From assembly GCF_006345805.1 (NCBI RefSeq), contig NC_043024.1, positions 19,530,001-19,594,000 of the forward strand: a stretch of 64,000 nt of DNA. The letters are read 5' to 3'. The translations under genes were made by a program, and so were the position numbers. Source of the DNA: Octopus sinensis (Eukaryota). Numbering within the stretch: position 1 is the first letter of the stretch; the number at the start of each line of letters is the position of its first letter. Of the stretch, positions 38,193 to 51,115 are shown in pieces. Under the pieces are notes generated by a model that did no database searches, was not told the origin of the DNA, and saw nothing but the letters and a program-made list of their open reading frames with translations.

Positions 38193-38479
38193 GCATAAAT
38201 ATAAGGGTAAAAATTAAAATAATTTATTACCATTGTTTCGCATGAGTAATAAAAGTCAGAATATATATATACATATATATATATATAATATAGATATATA
38301 TATATATATATATATATTAGAATATACTATATATCAAATACATTATGTATATAGGTAAGACATATAATATATGTAAACATATGTTTAATAATAGGAAGAC
38401 TATAAGCTTTCAGAGTTAGCTTTGTTTCACCAGACATGGATTTTCAAAGCTTTGATGTCCACTGGCTCACAGCCACACA

Positions 38480-38493
38480 TATAAGTATATTTG

Positions 38494-38527
<34 letters not shown>

Positions 38528-39014
38528 CATACACATGGTAGCATATGCACTTACGTAGATTATTGCACAGAATACAAATGTGCCAACATACAGTCACATG
38601 ACCAACATACACACACACACACAGATATGTGCTTGCAAACACACACATACACACATACACACACAGATACACACACACATACACACACACACACATACAC
38701 ACACACATACACACACACATGCACACACACATACACACACACACACACATACACACAAACATACACACACACCCACCCATACACACACACATACACATAC
38801 ACACATACACACACATACACATACACAGACATACACACACACATACACACACACATACACACACACATACACACATACACACACACACATACACACACAC
38901 ATACACACACACATACACACACACATACACACACACATACACACACACATACACACACACATACACACACACACACATACACACATACACACACACACTA
39001 CACACACACACATA

Positions 39015-39045
<31 letters not shown>

Positions 39046-39060
39046 GCTACATGCATAAAC
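38480..39060. repeat. (CA)n/(CATACACACA)n microsatellite
   Basis: Direct reading. Confidence 0.95.
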
Positions 39061-39252
39061 AAGCATAAGTACAATTTACACAAATATTTACATTCATAAG
39101 AAAAACGCATAACTATGTAGTGAGGGTCATGGGGGAACGGAAATGACACTAATAGCATGTATTACATTTGAATACTGAGGGAGAGAACATGACATGGAAT
39201 TTGCATAAATATACATACATGTGTGGGCGTGTGGGTGTATATATATATATGT

Positions 39253-39352
39253 NNNNNNNNNNNNNNNNNNNNNNNNNNNNNNNNNNNNNNNNNNNNNNNN
39301 NNNNNNNNNNNNNNNNNNNNNNNNNNNNNNNNNNNNNNNNNNNNNNNNNNNN
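39253..39352. other. assembly gap (100 N)
   Basis: Run of N; the true distance is unknown. Confidence 0.99.
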
Positions 39353-39805
39353 TGTAGAACATTTCTATTCTGAAGTTGACTTAGTATTTTTAATTTTCAC
39401 TTTCAGAGAAATGGACTTTCTTATCTGTTTATAGTTTGACATTAGAAAAATCTGTTTTTGATCTCAAAAATATTTAACAAATTATATAATAATATAAAAA
39501 TACTAATCTAAATTAGGCATTGCTTTGGTGTTAGGTTTATCTCACCATCAAAGAACTAAAGTGAAAGTAAAATTGATGGAAAATAAAATAAAGTAAATGA
39601 TGAATAATGGAATGGTGTTTCTCCGTATGTAAATTAAAAAGAAAATTAGCCAACCTCAAACCAAAGCCATGGTAAACCATGAAAACTGAGGACTGTAAAA
39701 ACCAAAGGAGAACTACACACATATCACATCATCATCATCATTTAATGTCTGCTCTCCGTGCTGGTATGGGTTAAACGGTTTGACTGGAAACCGTTAGCGA
39801 AAATA

Positions 39806-40036
39806 AGGCGGCGAGCTGGGAGACACGTGAGCACGTCGGGCGAAATGCTTAGCGTTATTTCGACTGCCGTTACGTTGTGAGTTCAAATTCCGCCGAGGTC
39901 GACTTTGCCTTTCATCCTTTGGGGTCGAGAAATTAAGTACCAGTTACGCAGTGGGGTCGACGTAATCGACTTAATACCTATGTCTATCCTTGTTTGTCCC
40001 CTCTGTTTTTAGCCCCTTGTGGGTAATAAAGAAATA
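39806..40036 (+). mobile_element. SINE family C monomer inserted in an old family D element (39725-40320, -)
   Basis: 15-bp TSD ggtttgactggaaac at 39777-39791 and 40037-40051. Confidence 0.9.
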
Positions 40037-40359
40037 GGTTTGACTGGAAACTGGTAAGCTGGGGAGCTGTACTACCAGGTTCCAGTCTGATCTGTCATGG
40101 TTTCTACAGCTGGATGCCTTCTAATGCCAGCCACTCCACAGAGTGTGTAGTGGGTGCTTTTATATGCTACTGGCATGAGTACCATTTACATGACACTGGC
40201 AACGACCATGATTGTGATGCATGGGTGCCATTAATATGGCACTGGCACCGACCATGACTACAGTTCATGAGTGTCATTTGCATGGTAATGACCACGACTC
40301 ATGGGTGCCATTTGCATGGCACCACCAACGACTACAATTTTATATATGTATATATATGT

Positions 40360-40668
40360 GGAGGCGCAATGGCCCAGTGGTTAGGGCAGCGGACTCGCGG
40401 TGTAGGATCGTGGTTTCGATTCCCAGACCAGGCGTTGTGAGTGTTTATTGAGCGAAAACACCTAAAAGCTCCACAAGGCTCTGGCAGGGGATGGTGGCGA
40501 TCCCTGCTGTACTCTTTCACCACAACTTTCTCTCACTCTTTCTTCTGTTGACCTGCTTGCTCAGCCAGCGGGGTTGCGTCATTGAAGGCTAAAATAATGT
40601 GAAGCACATTGTGACCAGTGATGTGTAGAAACATCTGATAGCCTGGTCGGTCACGGTGATCACGGTGA
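40360..40668 (+). mobile_element. SINE family A
   Basis: Matches 606-901. Confidence 0.88.
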
Positions 40669-40670
40669 TA

Positions 40671-40706
<36 letters not shown>

Positions 40707-40738
40707 TGTGTGCATGTATGTATGTACGCATGCATATA

Positions 40739-41126
40739 TCTATATATATAAAGCTGAAGTTGTCTGTGTGTGGCAGGTTTAGTAACCTTCAACTAACACT
40801 ATCTCCTCAGAGACCCTGTGGTGCAAGTTGACCAAAATTGGGAGTATGCTAGAAGGCTTGCTCTTCCTTCCGTAGAAGAAAAAAATTCAAATCAGACCAT
40901 GTTAACACCAAAAATTATTTACATCAAAAAGGTACTTTTTTTCTATGAAAATCCCTATTTCTTACGATTGTTTGACTGCTGTATCGCCATTTTTCGGTGT
41001 ATTTCAACCAAAAAAATGTTCACTTAAAGAGAATAAAAAGCTTCATAATGCAAAATTTTAACTTTTCAAAAATTCCAATTTTAAAGGGTCGAAACAAACC
41101 CGAGCAACGCTGCACTATGCTGCTAG
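40739..41126 (+). mobile_element. non-autonomous Helitron
   Basis: A|TCTATATATATAAA start followed by gtctgtgtgtg; 3' end cccgagcaacgc...tgCTAG|T. Confidence 0.75.
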
Positions 41127-41673
41127 TACAAATATATGAATATCATGGACATCATCCTTAAACGTCCATTTTTCCATGCTCTCGTGGTTTGGACGTTTTG
41201 ACCAGATGTGGCAAGCTGAAGAGCTGTACCAGTTTCCAGTCTGATTTGGTTTGGTTTCTTTGGTTGGATGCCCTTCTTAATGACATCCTGTTGACTGTGT
41301 GCTGAGTGCTTACACAACCAGTTTTTTAATGGCACCAGCACATGACACTTGCAGGCCAAGCCTCTTCACAAATGGGAGTGACCTTAACACTTCTGGAGGA
41401 CGGGTTTTCTTGGGTACAGCAAGACACCAGGTATCTCAGTCCTTTAGCATTTCATCTGAAAGGTTCAGCATCCTGAGATCATTCTTCTGTACTTCATTCT
41501 ATGTCATCCTGTCTCTCTCTTCCATGAATTCCATCTACTTTGAGAGATAGACACTTCTTTATGCATCTGTCAGTATCCATCTGTTCCACAAGACCAAGCC
41601 AGCACAGGGTTCTCTCTTCTCGCTCTCTCTCAGTCTCCTTCCCTTTCTCTCTCTCTCTTTATATATATATATA

Positions 41674-42010
41674 TGTTTACTCCGGTATATATAATATATA
41701 CCGGAGTAAACACATAAATGTGAAACAAGGTGGAAAAAAGAGTACTCAAATACCAGAGGACAAAAAACTGTCCGACGAACAGGAACGTGAAACTCCGAGT
41801 AACAGGTTTTGTTAAATTTCTGCTACTTTTAAATAAAGCATATATATATATATATATATATATATAAATGGAAAGTTTACGAAAATAAACAAAAGACGAA
41901 GGCAGGTGGTGTACAAACAAACAAATGTATTAGTATAGCGCTCAGGAATAGAAAAAGTCTTTTACGTTTCGAGCTTATGCTCTTCTACAGAAAGGTACAC
42001 AGAAAAAACA
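41674..42010 (-). mobile_element. Penelope-like terminal sequences including an intact hammerhead-like fold at 41959-41994
   Basis: Reverse complement cttt-CTGTAGA-A-gagc ataa gctc-GAAAC-GTA-aaag; a perfect palindrome lies at 41674-41712. Confidence 0.65.
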
Positions 42011-42028
42011 AGGAGATATATATACATA

Positions 42029-42393
42029 TATTGGGTCAAGGAATAATTCATGAGCATTTTTTTCAAATTTAAAAATGTATGCAAAACTAAAATGCATTCG
42101 AAAAATGATTTATGTTATTTGAAAGAGAATTTTTTGCTCTACAAGACAGTGGGTTTTGATTTTTAATTTTATTGACTTTTGTTTATATTCAGATAATTAA
42201 GATGGAACGTCAAGTGGACAAAATTGAACATTTTTGACACCATTTGCTTTTTGCATTAAATCAAGGTGTCAAAACCCACTGTCTTGTAGAGCAAAAAATT
42301 CTCTTTCAGATAACATAAAACATTTTGCCAATGTGTTTTCTGCATGCATTTTCAAATTTGAAAAAAAATCTTAAATTATTCCTCAACATAATA
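42029..42393 (+). mobile_element. mariner-derived MITE with ~125-130-bp inverted arms
   Basis: Arms 42029-42159 and 42269-42393 with TA ends; centre has ATG 42202 MERQVDKIEHF*HHLLFALNQGVK (mariner N-terminus). Confidence 0.85.
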
Positions 42394-42993
42394 TATGATA
42401 ATAATAATAATAATAATAATAGGGAGAATGGCTCCAAACTTACAGGGAAAAATTAGATTTAGTATTAAATCAAATTTCACAGTATAAAAATATAAAATAT
42501 GAATACTCTAATTCATATTTTATTTTACATATATATATATATACATATAGTAGTAGTAACAGAAAAGAGGAATTTCGATTATCCCCACGTGGTGGGTTGT
42601 AATGTATATAAGAAATTAAAAAAGGAAAATATGCACATTTACATGGTTTTAATATAATTTTTAATATATCGACCGGTTTCGCTATCGCTATTCATGATAT
42701 TATGTTTTATTTGTTTGAATATATATTTTTTCTTAAGAAGAAATTTGGTCCATGTTGTGTGTGATGAAATTCACGAGTGAATGACTTCACATATACATAT
42801 ATATATACATACACACATATATATTATGTAATCAGTTATTATATTGTTGGTTATGATTGATAAAAATTTACCAAAGGTTTCACACCTACTATTGTGCTTG
42901 GCAATATATGTGACTCCTCAGACCAACCTGTTTCTTTTTGGTGGGGGGTACGTTACCTCTCTGAACCAATCTCTATGGCTCCATGGTGTATAT

Positions 42994-43296
42994 CAGAGGC
43001 TCTCAACTATCTATTACCTCTTTCATTGCTATTTTATTCTGGTGGACCCTAATAGTCATTCAGTGTTTAAAACTAGCCTTACGGACCTTTCATAATTTTG
43101 ATTTTGATTTCCACATATTAACTTGTGTAGGTTGGACCCTATAAAATGTTAGAGAAAGAAACCTGTTTCTTGCCATACGTACATCAAAGGCAAAATTTGT
43201 TTAGAGGTCCTTAAAATATTATTGAGGATCCCCTATTTACTATTTTATCGTATGGACACCTAAAAATCTTGTATAGACCCCAGTAGAGAACCCCCG
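42994..43296. mobile_element. hAT (Charlie-type) MITE, decayed
   Basis: cagaggctctcaac ... gtagagaacccccg; candidate TSD gtgtatat/atgaatat (6/8). Confidence 0.6.
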
Positions 43297-43524
43297 ATGA
43301 ATATTTATATTTAGCCCCTAGATGGAACACCACTCTGTTGCAGTATGACTCATTTTTGCCAGCTGAGTGAACTGGAACAACATGAAATCAAGTGTTTTGC
43401 TCAAGAACACAATGTATGGCACCTTGGCAAGTGTTTTCTACTATAGCCTCGGGCTGACCAAAGCCTTGTGAATGAATTTGGTAGATGGAAACTGAAAGAA
43501 GCTCATTGTATATATGTATATATA

Positions 43525-43884
43525 TCATCATCATCATCATCATCATCGTTTAACGTCCGTTTTCCATGCTAGCACGGGTTGGATGGTTCGACCGGGTTCT
43601 GGGAAGCCAGGAGCTGCACCAGGCTCCGGTCTGATCTGGCAGTGTTTCTACAGCTGGATGCCCTTCCTAACGCCAACCACTCCGCGAGTGTAGTGGGTGC
43701 TTTTTACGTGCCACCGGCCCTGGTGCCAGGGGAGTCTGGCATTGGCCACGATCGGTTGGTGCTTTTAATGTGCCACCAACACGGAAGCCAGCCAAGGTGG
43801 CGCTGGCATCGGCCACGCTCGGATGGTGCTTTTTATGTGCCACCGGCACAGGTATCACAACTACTATTTCCATTGATATTTGTT

Positions 43885-43885
<1 letters not shown>
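43525..43885 (-). mobile_element. RTE 3' UTR fragment (family D)
   Basis: (CAT)n tail, D core and subrepeats, ending in the acaactactatttccattgat block. Confidence 0.9.
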
Positions 43886-43937
<52 letters not shown>

Positions 43938-44148
43938 ATGTGTGTGTACAAGTCTTGCAATCATGAATTCAACACCCTAACCACTCGGCCACACAAACAC
44001 ACACACACGACAAAGGGAAGATGTTCTAGTGAGTGATTTAAGTCAACATGGAAAAGAATGCTGCAATCAAGGAAGAATACTGCATTATAACCAGTAGAGT
44101 ACAATAGCATCTAATGGACTGATCGATATATATATATATATATATATA

Positions 44149-44201
<53 letters not shown>

Positions 44202-44202
44202 A

Positions 44203-44253
<51 letters not shown>

Positions 44254-44264
44254 TATATATAATA

Positions 44265-44343
<79 letters not shown>

Positions 44344-44359
44344 CATATATACATATTCT

Positions 44360-44540
44360 TTTACTCTTTTACTTGTTTTAGTCATTTGACTGGAGCACCA
44401 CCTTTAGTTGAACAAATCGACCCCAGGACTTATTCTTTGTAAGTCTAGTACTTATTCTATCGGTCTCTTTCGCCAAACCACTAAGTGATGGGGACGTAAA
44501 CACACCAGCATCAATTGTCAAGTGATGTTGGGGGACAAGC
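44360..44540 (-). mobile_element. SINE family B 3' half
   Basis: cttttacttgttttagtcatttgac ... ttgtcaagtgatgttgggggac. Confidence 0.8.
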
Positions 44541-44927
44541 ACATCACTTTTTCAAAGAATATAATGTGAATCAGAGGACTGATGGCAGTTCAAAAGTTAA
44601 AATATCTTTTCTCATTTCTTGGAAATGTGAAGATAGAGGGAATGGTAAATGTATGATTCTTCACATGCAGTGATTGGTCTTCTGGTATATTTTGGACATC
44701 AGCTGTCAGTTTGCTTTCAAGAAGGTTGAATAAGAGAGGGACATTTCAAAAAACCCCTAAAATAGTAACACTCTCATCCTGGCATGATTCAAATTAAATG
44801 AAACTGGTGATGCTGACAGTATCTCAATTCTAAGATTCCCTGCCGTTTTCTCTTTGACAAAAAGAAGAAAACAAAGTATACACTGAAGACAGAATAAAAT
44901 TTAAGTTCAATATTAACCAATTTAAAC

Positions 44928-45105
44928 CAAATATTAACCAATTTTAACTAAATATTAATATTCTAAACAGAATATTAACCAATTTAAACCAAATATTAGC
45001 CAATCTTAACTAAATATTAATATTCTAAACTGAATATTAACCAATTTTAACTAAATATTAATATTCTAAACTGAATATTAACCAATTTAAACCAAATATT
45101 AGCTC
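44928..45105. repeat. AT-rich minisatellite of ~21-bp subunits (aatattaaccaattt(a/t)aac(c/t)a)
   Basis: Direct reading; subunits alternate with aatattaatattctaaac(a/t)g. Confidence 0.85.
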
Positions 45106-45598
45106 ATTTAAGTGTAATTAAATCTAAATGCATTTTAGCTAATTTAAATTGATTATTTACAAATCCAAATTTAGAAATGGTTTCAAACTTGGCACAGGGC
45201 CTGCAAGTTCAGGGGAGGGGTTTCAAGCAATTACTTGAAGCAATTCCTTCAACTACAATGCTCAACTGGTAGTTATTTTATTGGCCCTGGGGGGATGAAA
45301 ATAAAGTCAACCCCAGTGCCATTTGAACTCACAGAATGTAAAGTCAGAAATTTACCCTTAAGCATTGTCTGGTGCTGTAACGATTCTGTCAGTTTGACGC
45401 CTTCAAATTTCAAATTTACCATTAGCAAATGTAATTACTATTTTTCCTTGTTTTATTTCTTTTTACACAAATAGACTTTTTGGTTAACTTGTAGCTACAA
45501 TTGGTCATAACTGGAAATATATTTAAGTTATTAATGTTTCAAGAGTGTTCTTACCTTTTTGAAACGCCTAAAGAATGCAAGTTATAAGAAGTAAGAAA

Positions 45599-46013
45599 AG
45601 GCGACGAGCTGGCAGAACCGTTAGCATGCCAGGCAAAATGCATAGCCGTAATCCATCTGCCGTTACATTCTGAGTTCAAATTCCGCTGAGGTCGACTTTG
45701 CCTTTCATCCTTTTGGGGTCGATAAATAAAGTATCAGTTACACACTGGGGTCGATGTAATCGACTTAACCCATTTTTCTGTCCTTGTTTGTCCCTTCTGT
45801 GTTTAGCCCCTTGTGGGTAGTAAAGAAATAGGTATTTCGTCTGCTGCTACATTCTGAGTTCAATTCCACCAAGGTCGACTTTGCCTTTCATCCTTTCGGG
45901 GTCGATTAAATAAGTACCAGTTACGCACTAGGGTCGATGTAATCAACTTAATCCCTTTAACCGTCCTTGTTTTTCCCATCTATGTTTAGCCCCTTGTGAG
46001 CAATAAAGAAACA
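45599..46013 (+). mobile_element. SINE family C dimer with 14-bp TSD
   Basis: tataagaagtaaga at 45583-45596 and 46014-46027. Confidence 0.9.
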
Positions 46014-46540
46014 TATAAGAAGTAAGATAAGTCAATAATTTGTACTATGATCTTGTATTTCGATATTTCAGGGTGAAGATACCCTATTCAAGAAAAGTAA
46101 AACAGAGGTCTGATGTTCAAGTTAATTTTTCTGCTCTGTAGTGTGTGTATATGGATGGGCTGTGGGTTCTTTGAATGCACAGCATAGCATTACTGTAATA
46201 GACAATCAGCTTTTTATCAATTCACAACATTCCAATACAAAATATTGAAGTATACGGTATAATTCTTTTGATATTTTCCTACATATATTATATACACAAA
46301 TATATGTACATGTATGTGTTTATATGTATATGTATATGTAAATGTATATATATATATATGTGTGTGTGTGTGTATGTATGCATATATATATATATATTAT
46401 ATATATATATATTTATGTATGTATATATATGCATATATGTTTATACTTATACATATATATGTATATTTGTGTATGTGTGTGTCTGTGTGCATGTAGGTGT
46501 ATGCATATATATATACATACACAACTATTTTCCATGTATG

Positions 46541-46578
<38 letters not shown>

Positions 46579-47617
46579 AATGTATATATATGTGTATGTA
46601 TGCATATATGTTTATGCATATACATATGTATGTATATTTGTGTATGTGTGTGTCTGTGTGCATGTAGGTGTATGCATATATATATATATATGCATATACA
46701 TACATATTTATATGTATGTATATGTATGTATGTCTATCTATATGTATTTATGTATGTATGTATACATGTGTATGTAGATATATGGATATATTCACAAGAG
46801 ACCCTTTTTTACTTTTTAACAATCATAGGGGTATTTTTAGATTCCTTTCCTCTCCAGACACTTTACCAGAATTTTTTTTCTTTTTCTTCCTCATTTTTGG
46901 CATTTATCTCAGAAGCCATCTTTTTCTTCCTAACTATTCCTTTCTCAAGAAATATTTGTACTCCTTTACTATATACACACGCTTGGCAGAAATCTATTTT
47001 CACGAAACGATATTCACTTTTAATGTTCTGCTGTGGTTTTCAAGATTTAATTTCATTCCATGAATCTAATCAGTAAGCAGTCATTCTTTCGACAAATCTT
47101 CCACAGATAACATTTCTTTTTTTTTTTGCCTTCATTATTTTTCCTTATTAATTCATACAGTCGTCTGACAAAAATCTTCATAAAACACATGTGAGCAGAA
47201 TTTGTTGGTATTAAAATAGCAATTTTTACCATCTTGCTTCTTTGAAGTTCTACAAAAATTTTCTACAAAAATTTTCTTTTTCCCTTTTTCTTACTTTATT
47301 TTTTTTTTGCTTTTTGCTTTTCGCTTACCATCTTCCAGTATTACGTATGATTTTCTGGCATATATTGATGTTAGCTTTCCTTTAATCTTTGATAACACTA
47401 CAGTATCATATATATATATATATATATACATATATAGATAAAGATATCAGCCGAAATTGCGAGGATGATCCTGTTCTTGACTGAAGATAAAAGGCTTCGA
47501 ATGACACATCCTTGTTTTTTTTTTTGTATCATCTATCTGGATGTTTTGTTGGCCCTTTTTGTCGTATCTAGTTGTCCGGATGTTTTGCGTTCTTGTCCCA
47601 TTTTGTATTTTATTTTA

Positions 47618-47965
47618 TCATCATCATCATCGTTTAACGTCCACTTTCCATGCTAGCATGGGTTGGACGATTTTGACTGAGGACTGGAGAACCAGATGGC
47701 TGCACCAGGCTCCAGTCTTGATTTGGTAGAGTTTCTACAGCTGGATGCCCTTCCTAATGCCAACCACTGCGAGAGTGTAGTGGGTGCTTTTTACGTGCCA
47801 CTGGCACGGGGGCCAGTTAGGCGGTACTGACAATGACCTCGCTCAAATCTTTTTACACATGCCACCATTAGAGGTGCCAGTAAGGCGACTTTGGTAACGA
47901 TCACGCTGGAACGGTGCCATTTTACATGTCACTGGCACGGAAGCCAGTTGGCTGCTCTGGCCGGC
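47618..47965 (-). mobile_element. RTE 3' UTR fragment, family D variant
   Basis: Reverse complement of the 27498-27778 variant. Confidence 0.85.
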
Positions 47966-48006
47966 GTACGTACTCTTTGTTCTCTCATATGTAAGTACAC
48001 ATTTCG

Positions 48007-48046
<40 letters not shown>

Positions 48047-48214
48047 TACAATACTGGACTTGAGCCTAAATCATTTGAAACACAATCCTAAGACTGTACC
48101 AAGTGGCAGTGTTCTGTCACCATCAGAACCAAAACTTCGAAGCCACTAGAAGAGAAAAGGAAGAAATCAAACGACAGGAGAGAAGGACCCTGCAATAAGT
48201 GTGTGTATCTGAGA

Positions 48215-48298
48215 GGGGAATATGTTGAATAAAATCATAATTAACTGATTCTCCTGTATTTTCTTTCACACAAAGCCAGAAACTTTTCAGCATCCCTT
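48215..48298 (-). mobile_element. mariner MITE fragment (same family as 11316-11544)
   Basis: gttgaataaaatcataattaactgat...aagccagaaacttttcagcatccc is the reverse complement of 11325-11397. Confidence 0.75.
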
Positions 48299-48484
48299 TA
48301 CTCTTTTACTTGTTTCAGTCATTTGACTGCAGCCATGCTGGAGCACCGCCTTTAGTCAAGCAAATCAACACCAGGACTTATTCTTTGTAAGCCTAGTACT
48401 TATTCTATCGGTCTCTTTTGCCGAACCACTAAGTTATGGAGATGTAAACACACCAGCATCGGTTGTCAAACAATGCTAGGGGGA

Positions 48485-48538
<54 letters not shown>

Positions 48539-48710
48539 TATGCATATATATGACAGGCTTCTTTCAGTTTCCGTCTACCAAATCCACTCACAAGGCTTTG
48601 GTCGGCCCGAGGCTATAGTAGAAGACACTTGCCCTAGGTGTCACGCAGTGGGACTGAATCCGGAACCATGTGGTTGGTAAACAAGCTACTTACCACACAG
48701 CCACTCCTAC
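48298..48710 (-). mobile_element. SINE family B
   Basis: Near-consensus full copy. Confidence 0.9.
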
Positions 48711-49321
48711 GTCAACATGTATATATACATATATATACATACTCACACACACACCACACACACACACATGCACAGACACACACGCGTACGCCCCCCCCCA
48801 CACACACACATGCGCGTACGCCCCCCCATACACACACACACCCACACACACAAACAAACACACGCATTTAGATTTTGCTTTGTATCTTCATAAGATCTCT
48901 TCTGAGAATTAATCTCTTCTCATTTGCAATGTTTTCTTATTCAGGCAGATTCAAATGAGAACTATTTTTTTTTCTTTCTATTCGATTTCAATTTAATGCA
49001 ATTAACGAAATTAATTTATTTCTACCACTAAATAATAATAAGGCAAATTATAACGAAGAAACCAAAGAAACGGGAGATTATGTGTTTCCATTTTGAGCGT
49101 CCAAGACAGAAGCCAAAATTGGCTGCAACATGACATGAAGGACCCTGATTGGGTTCTTTTAACACTGGAGAGGAATTAACAAGAATTATGGCCATTAACG
49201 AGGCACCAGCAAATCTCTAGCATCCAATTTTAATGATGGAATGATAATGATGACGATGATGATGATCATGATGATGGTGGGCGTCGGCGTCAGCGTCAGC
49301 GTCTGAAAATTTGAAAAAAAA

Positions 49322-49488
49322 CAGGCGCAGGAGTGGCTATGTGCTAAGTAGCTTGCTTACCAACCACATGGATCCGGGTTCAGTCCCACTGCGTGGCATC
49401 TTGGGCAAGAGTCTTCTGCTATAGCCCCGGGCCGACCAATGCCTTGTGAGTGGATTTGGTAGACGGAAACTGAAAGAAGCCTGTCGTA

Positions 49489-49527
<39 letters not shown>

Positions 49528-49760
49528 TATATATGCGTATGTGTGTTTGTGTGTCTGTGTTTGTCCCCCTAGCATTGCTTGACAACTGATGCTGGTGTGC
49601 TTACGTCCCCGTCACTTAGCGGTTCGGCAAAAGAGACCGATAGAATAAGTACTGGGCTTACAAAGAATAAGTCCCGGGGTCGATTTGCTCGACTAAAAGG
49701 CGGTGCTCCAGCATGGCCGCAGTCAAATGACTGAAACAAGTAAAAGAGTAAAAAGAGAGT
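49322..49760 (+). mobile_element. SINE family B
   Basis: Near-consensus full copy with a diagnostic extra A (gactaaaaggcgg). Confidence 0.9.
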
Positions 49761-49770
49761 GAGAGAGTTT

Positions 49771-50710
49771 CCTTAACCAAAACAGCCCAGAAGTGTGGTA
49801 GGGACATCGGTATGGAATTTGGGATTACCAAATGCTTAGTACTTGATATGAAAAGAGGGAAGAAAGCTGTTTTGGTTAAGGAAACTCTCTCTCTCTTTTT
49901 ACTCTTTTACTTGTTTCAGTCATTTGCCTGTGGCCATGCTGGAGCACCGCCTTTTAGTCGAGCAAATCAACCCCGGGACTTATTCTTTGTAAGCCCAGTA
50001 CTTGCCGAACCGCTAAGTGACGGAGACGTAAACACACCAGCGTCGGTTGTCAAGCAATGCTAGGGGGACAAACACAGACACACAAACATACACACACATA
50101 CATATATATTGCGGTTGCCATCAGGGGAGACCATGGGTGAAACCGACGGTAGTGGGTATAGATATTTAGGGATTTTTGGAGCTGGATGACATTCTACACA
50201 GAGAAATGAAAGTCAAGGTCAAAAATGGGTGAAGATGGTGTTGAGATCCAAATTGAATGCCAAAAATTTTATGACCGCAATGAATATCTGGGCAGTTGCA
50301 GTAGTCAGATATAGTGTATCCATCCTCAAATAGACTAAGGAGGAAATATCAACCCTGGATAGAAGGACGAGAAAGTTGATGACGCTGCATGGGACGCTAC
50401 ACCCTAAAGCAAACGTAAACAGACTGTATATGAAAAGAAAGAATGGTGGCAGAGGACTAATTAGTATAGACCATTGTACAAGGGGTGAAAGGAGAATGCT
50501 TGCTGAGTATTTGATAAATTATGATGAAGACCTGTTGCAATATGCTGCGAAAGATATGGGTGTAAATGCAGATGAAATGATGGGCAAGGAAGAGTTTAAC
50601 AAAAGAGCTGAGGAGAAAAGAAAGGAGATTCTTCTTGAAATGAGAATTCATGGACAGTTTGAAAGGAATATGCAAGATGTTAAGGATAATACAGTATTGT
50701 GGGCATGGCT

Positions 50711-50720
<10 letters not shown>
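49771..50720 (+). mobile_element. R4/Dong-like reverse transcriptase fragment, interrupted at 49866-50108
   Basis: LTKTAQKCGRDIGMEFGITKCLVLDMKRGKK [insert] LRLPSGETMGETDGSGYRYLGI ... DRRTRKLMTLHGTLHPKANVNRLYMKRKNGGRGLISI ... HGQFERN..WAWLK; frameshifts and stops; followed by (GATA)n. Confidence 0.88.
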
Positions 50721-50745
<25 letters not shown>

Positions 50746-50965
50746 TGAGAAACAGACAGACAGTGAGATAGATAGATGGATGGATGGATAGATAGACAGA
50801 CAGACAGACAGACAGTCAGATAGATAGATAGATAGATAGACAGACAGATAACTAGATGGACAGAGAGATAGATAGATAGATAGACACAGATAGATAACTA
50901 GATGGATTGATAGACAGACGGACAGACACAGATAAATAGATAGATAGATAGACAGATAGACAGTC

Positions 50966-51004
<39 letters not shown>

Positions 51005-51005
51005 A

Positions 51006-51058
<53 letters not shown>

Positions 51059-51115
51059 GGCAGGCAGACAGACAGACAGACAGATAGATAGATAGATAGA
51101 TAGATAAATGAATAG
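50716..51115. repeat. (GATA)n/(GACA)n microsatellite
   Basis: Direct reading. Confidence 0.95.

Noticed and set aside
47495-47530. Hammerhead-like ctgaaga...cgaatgac
   Set aside because: Lacks GAAA and a closable stem II.
50376-50723. Intact host RT-like gene
   Set aside because: Upstream frameshifts and stops, an inverted insertion and truncation by (GATA)n show it is a dead retrotransposon piece.
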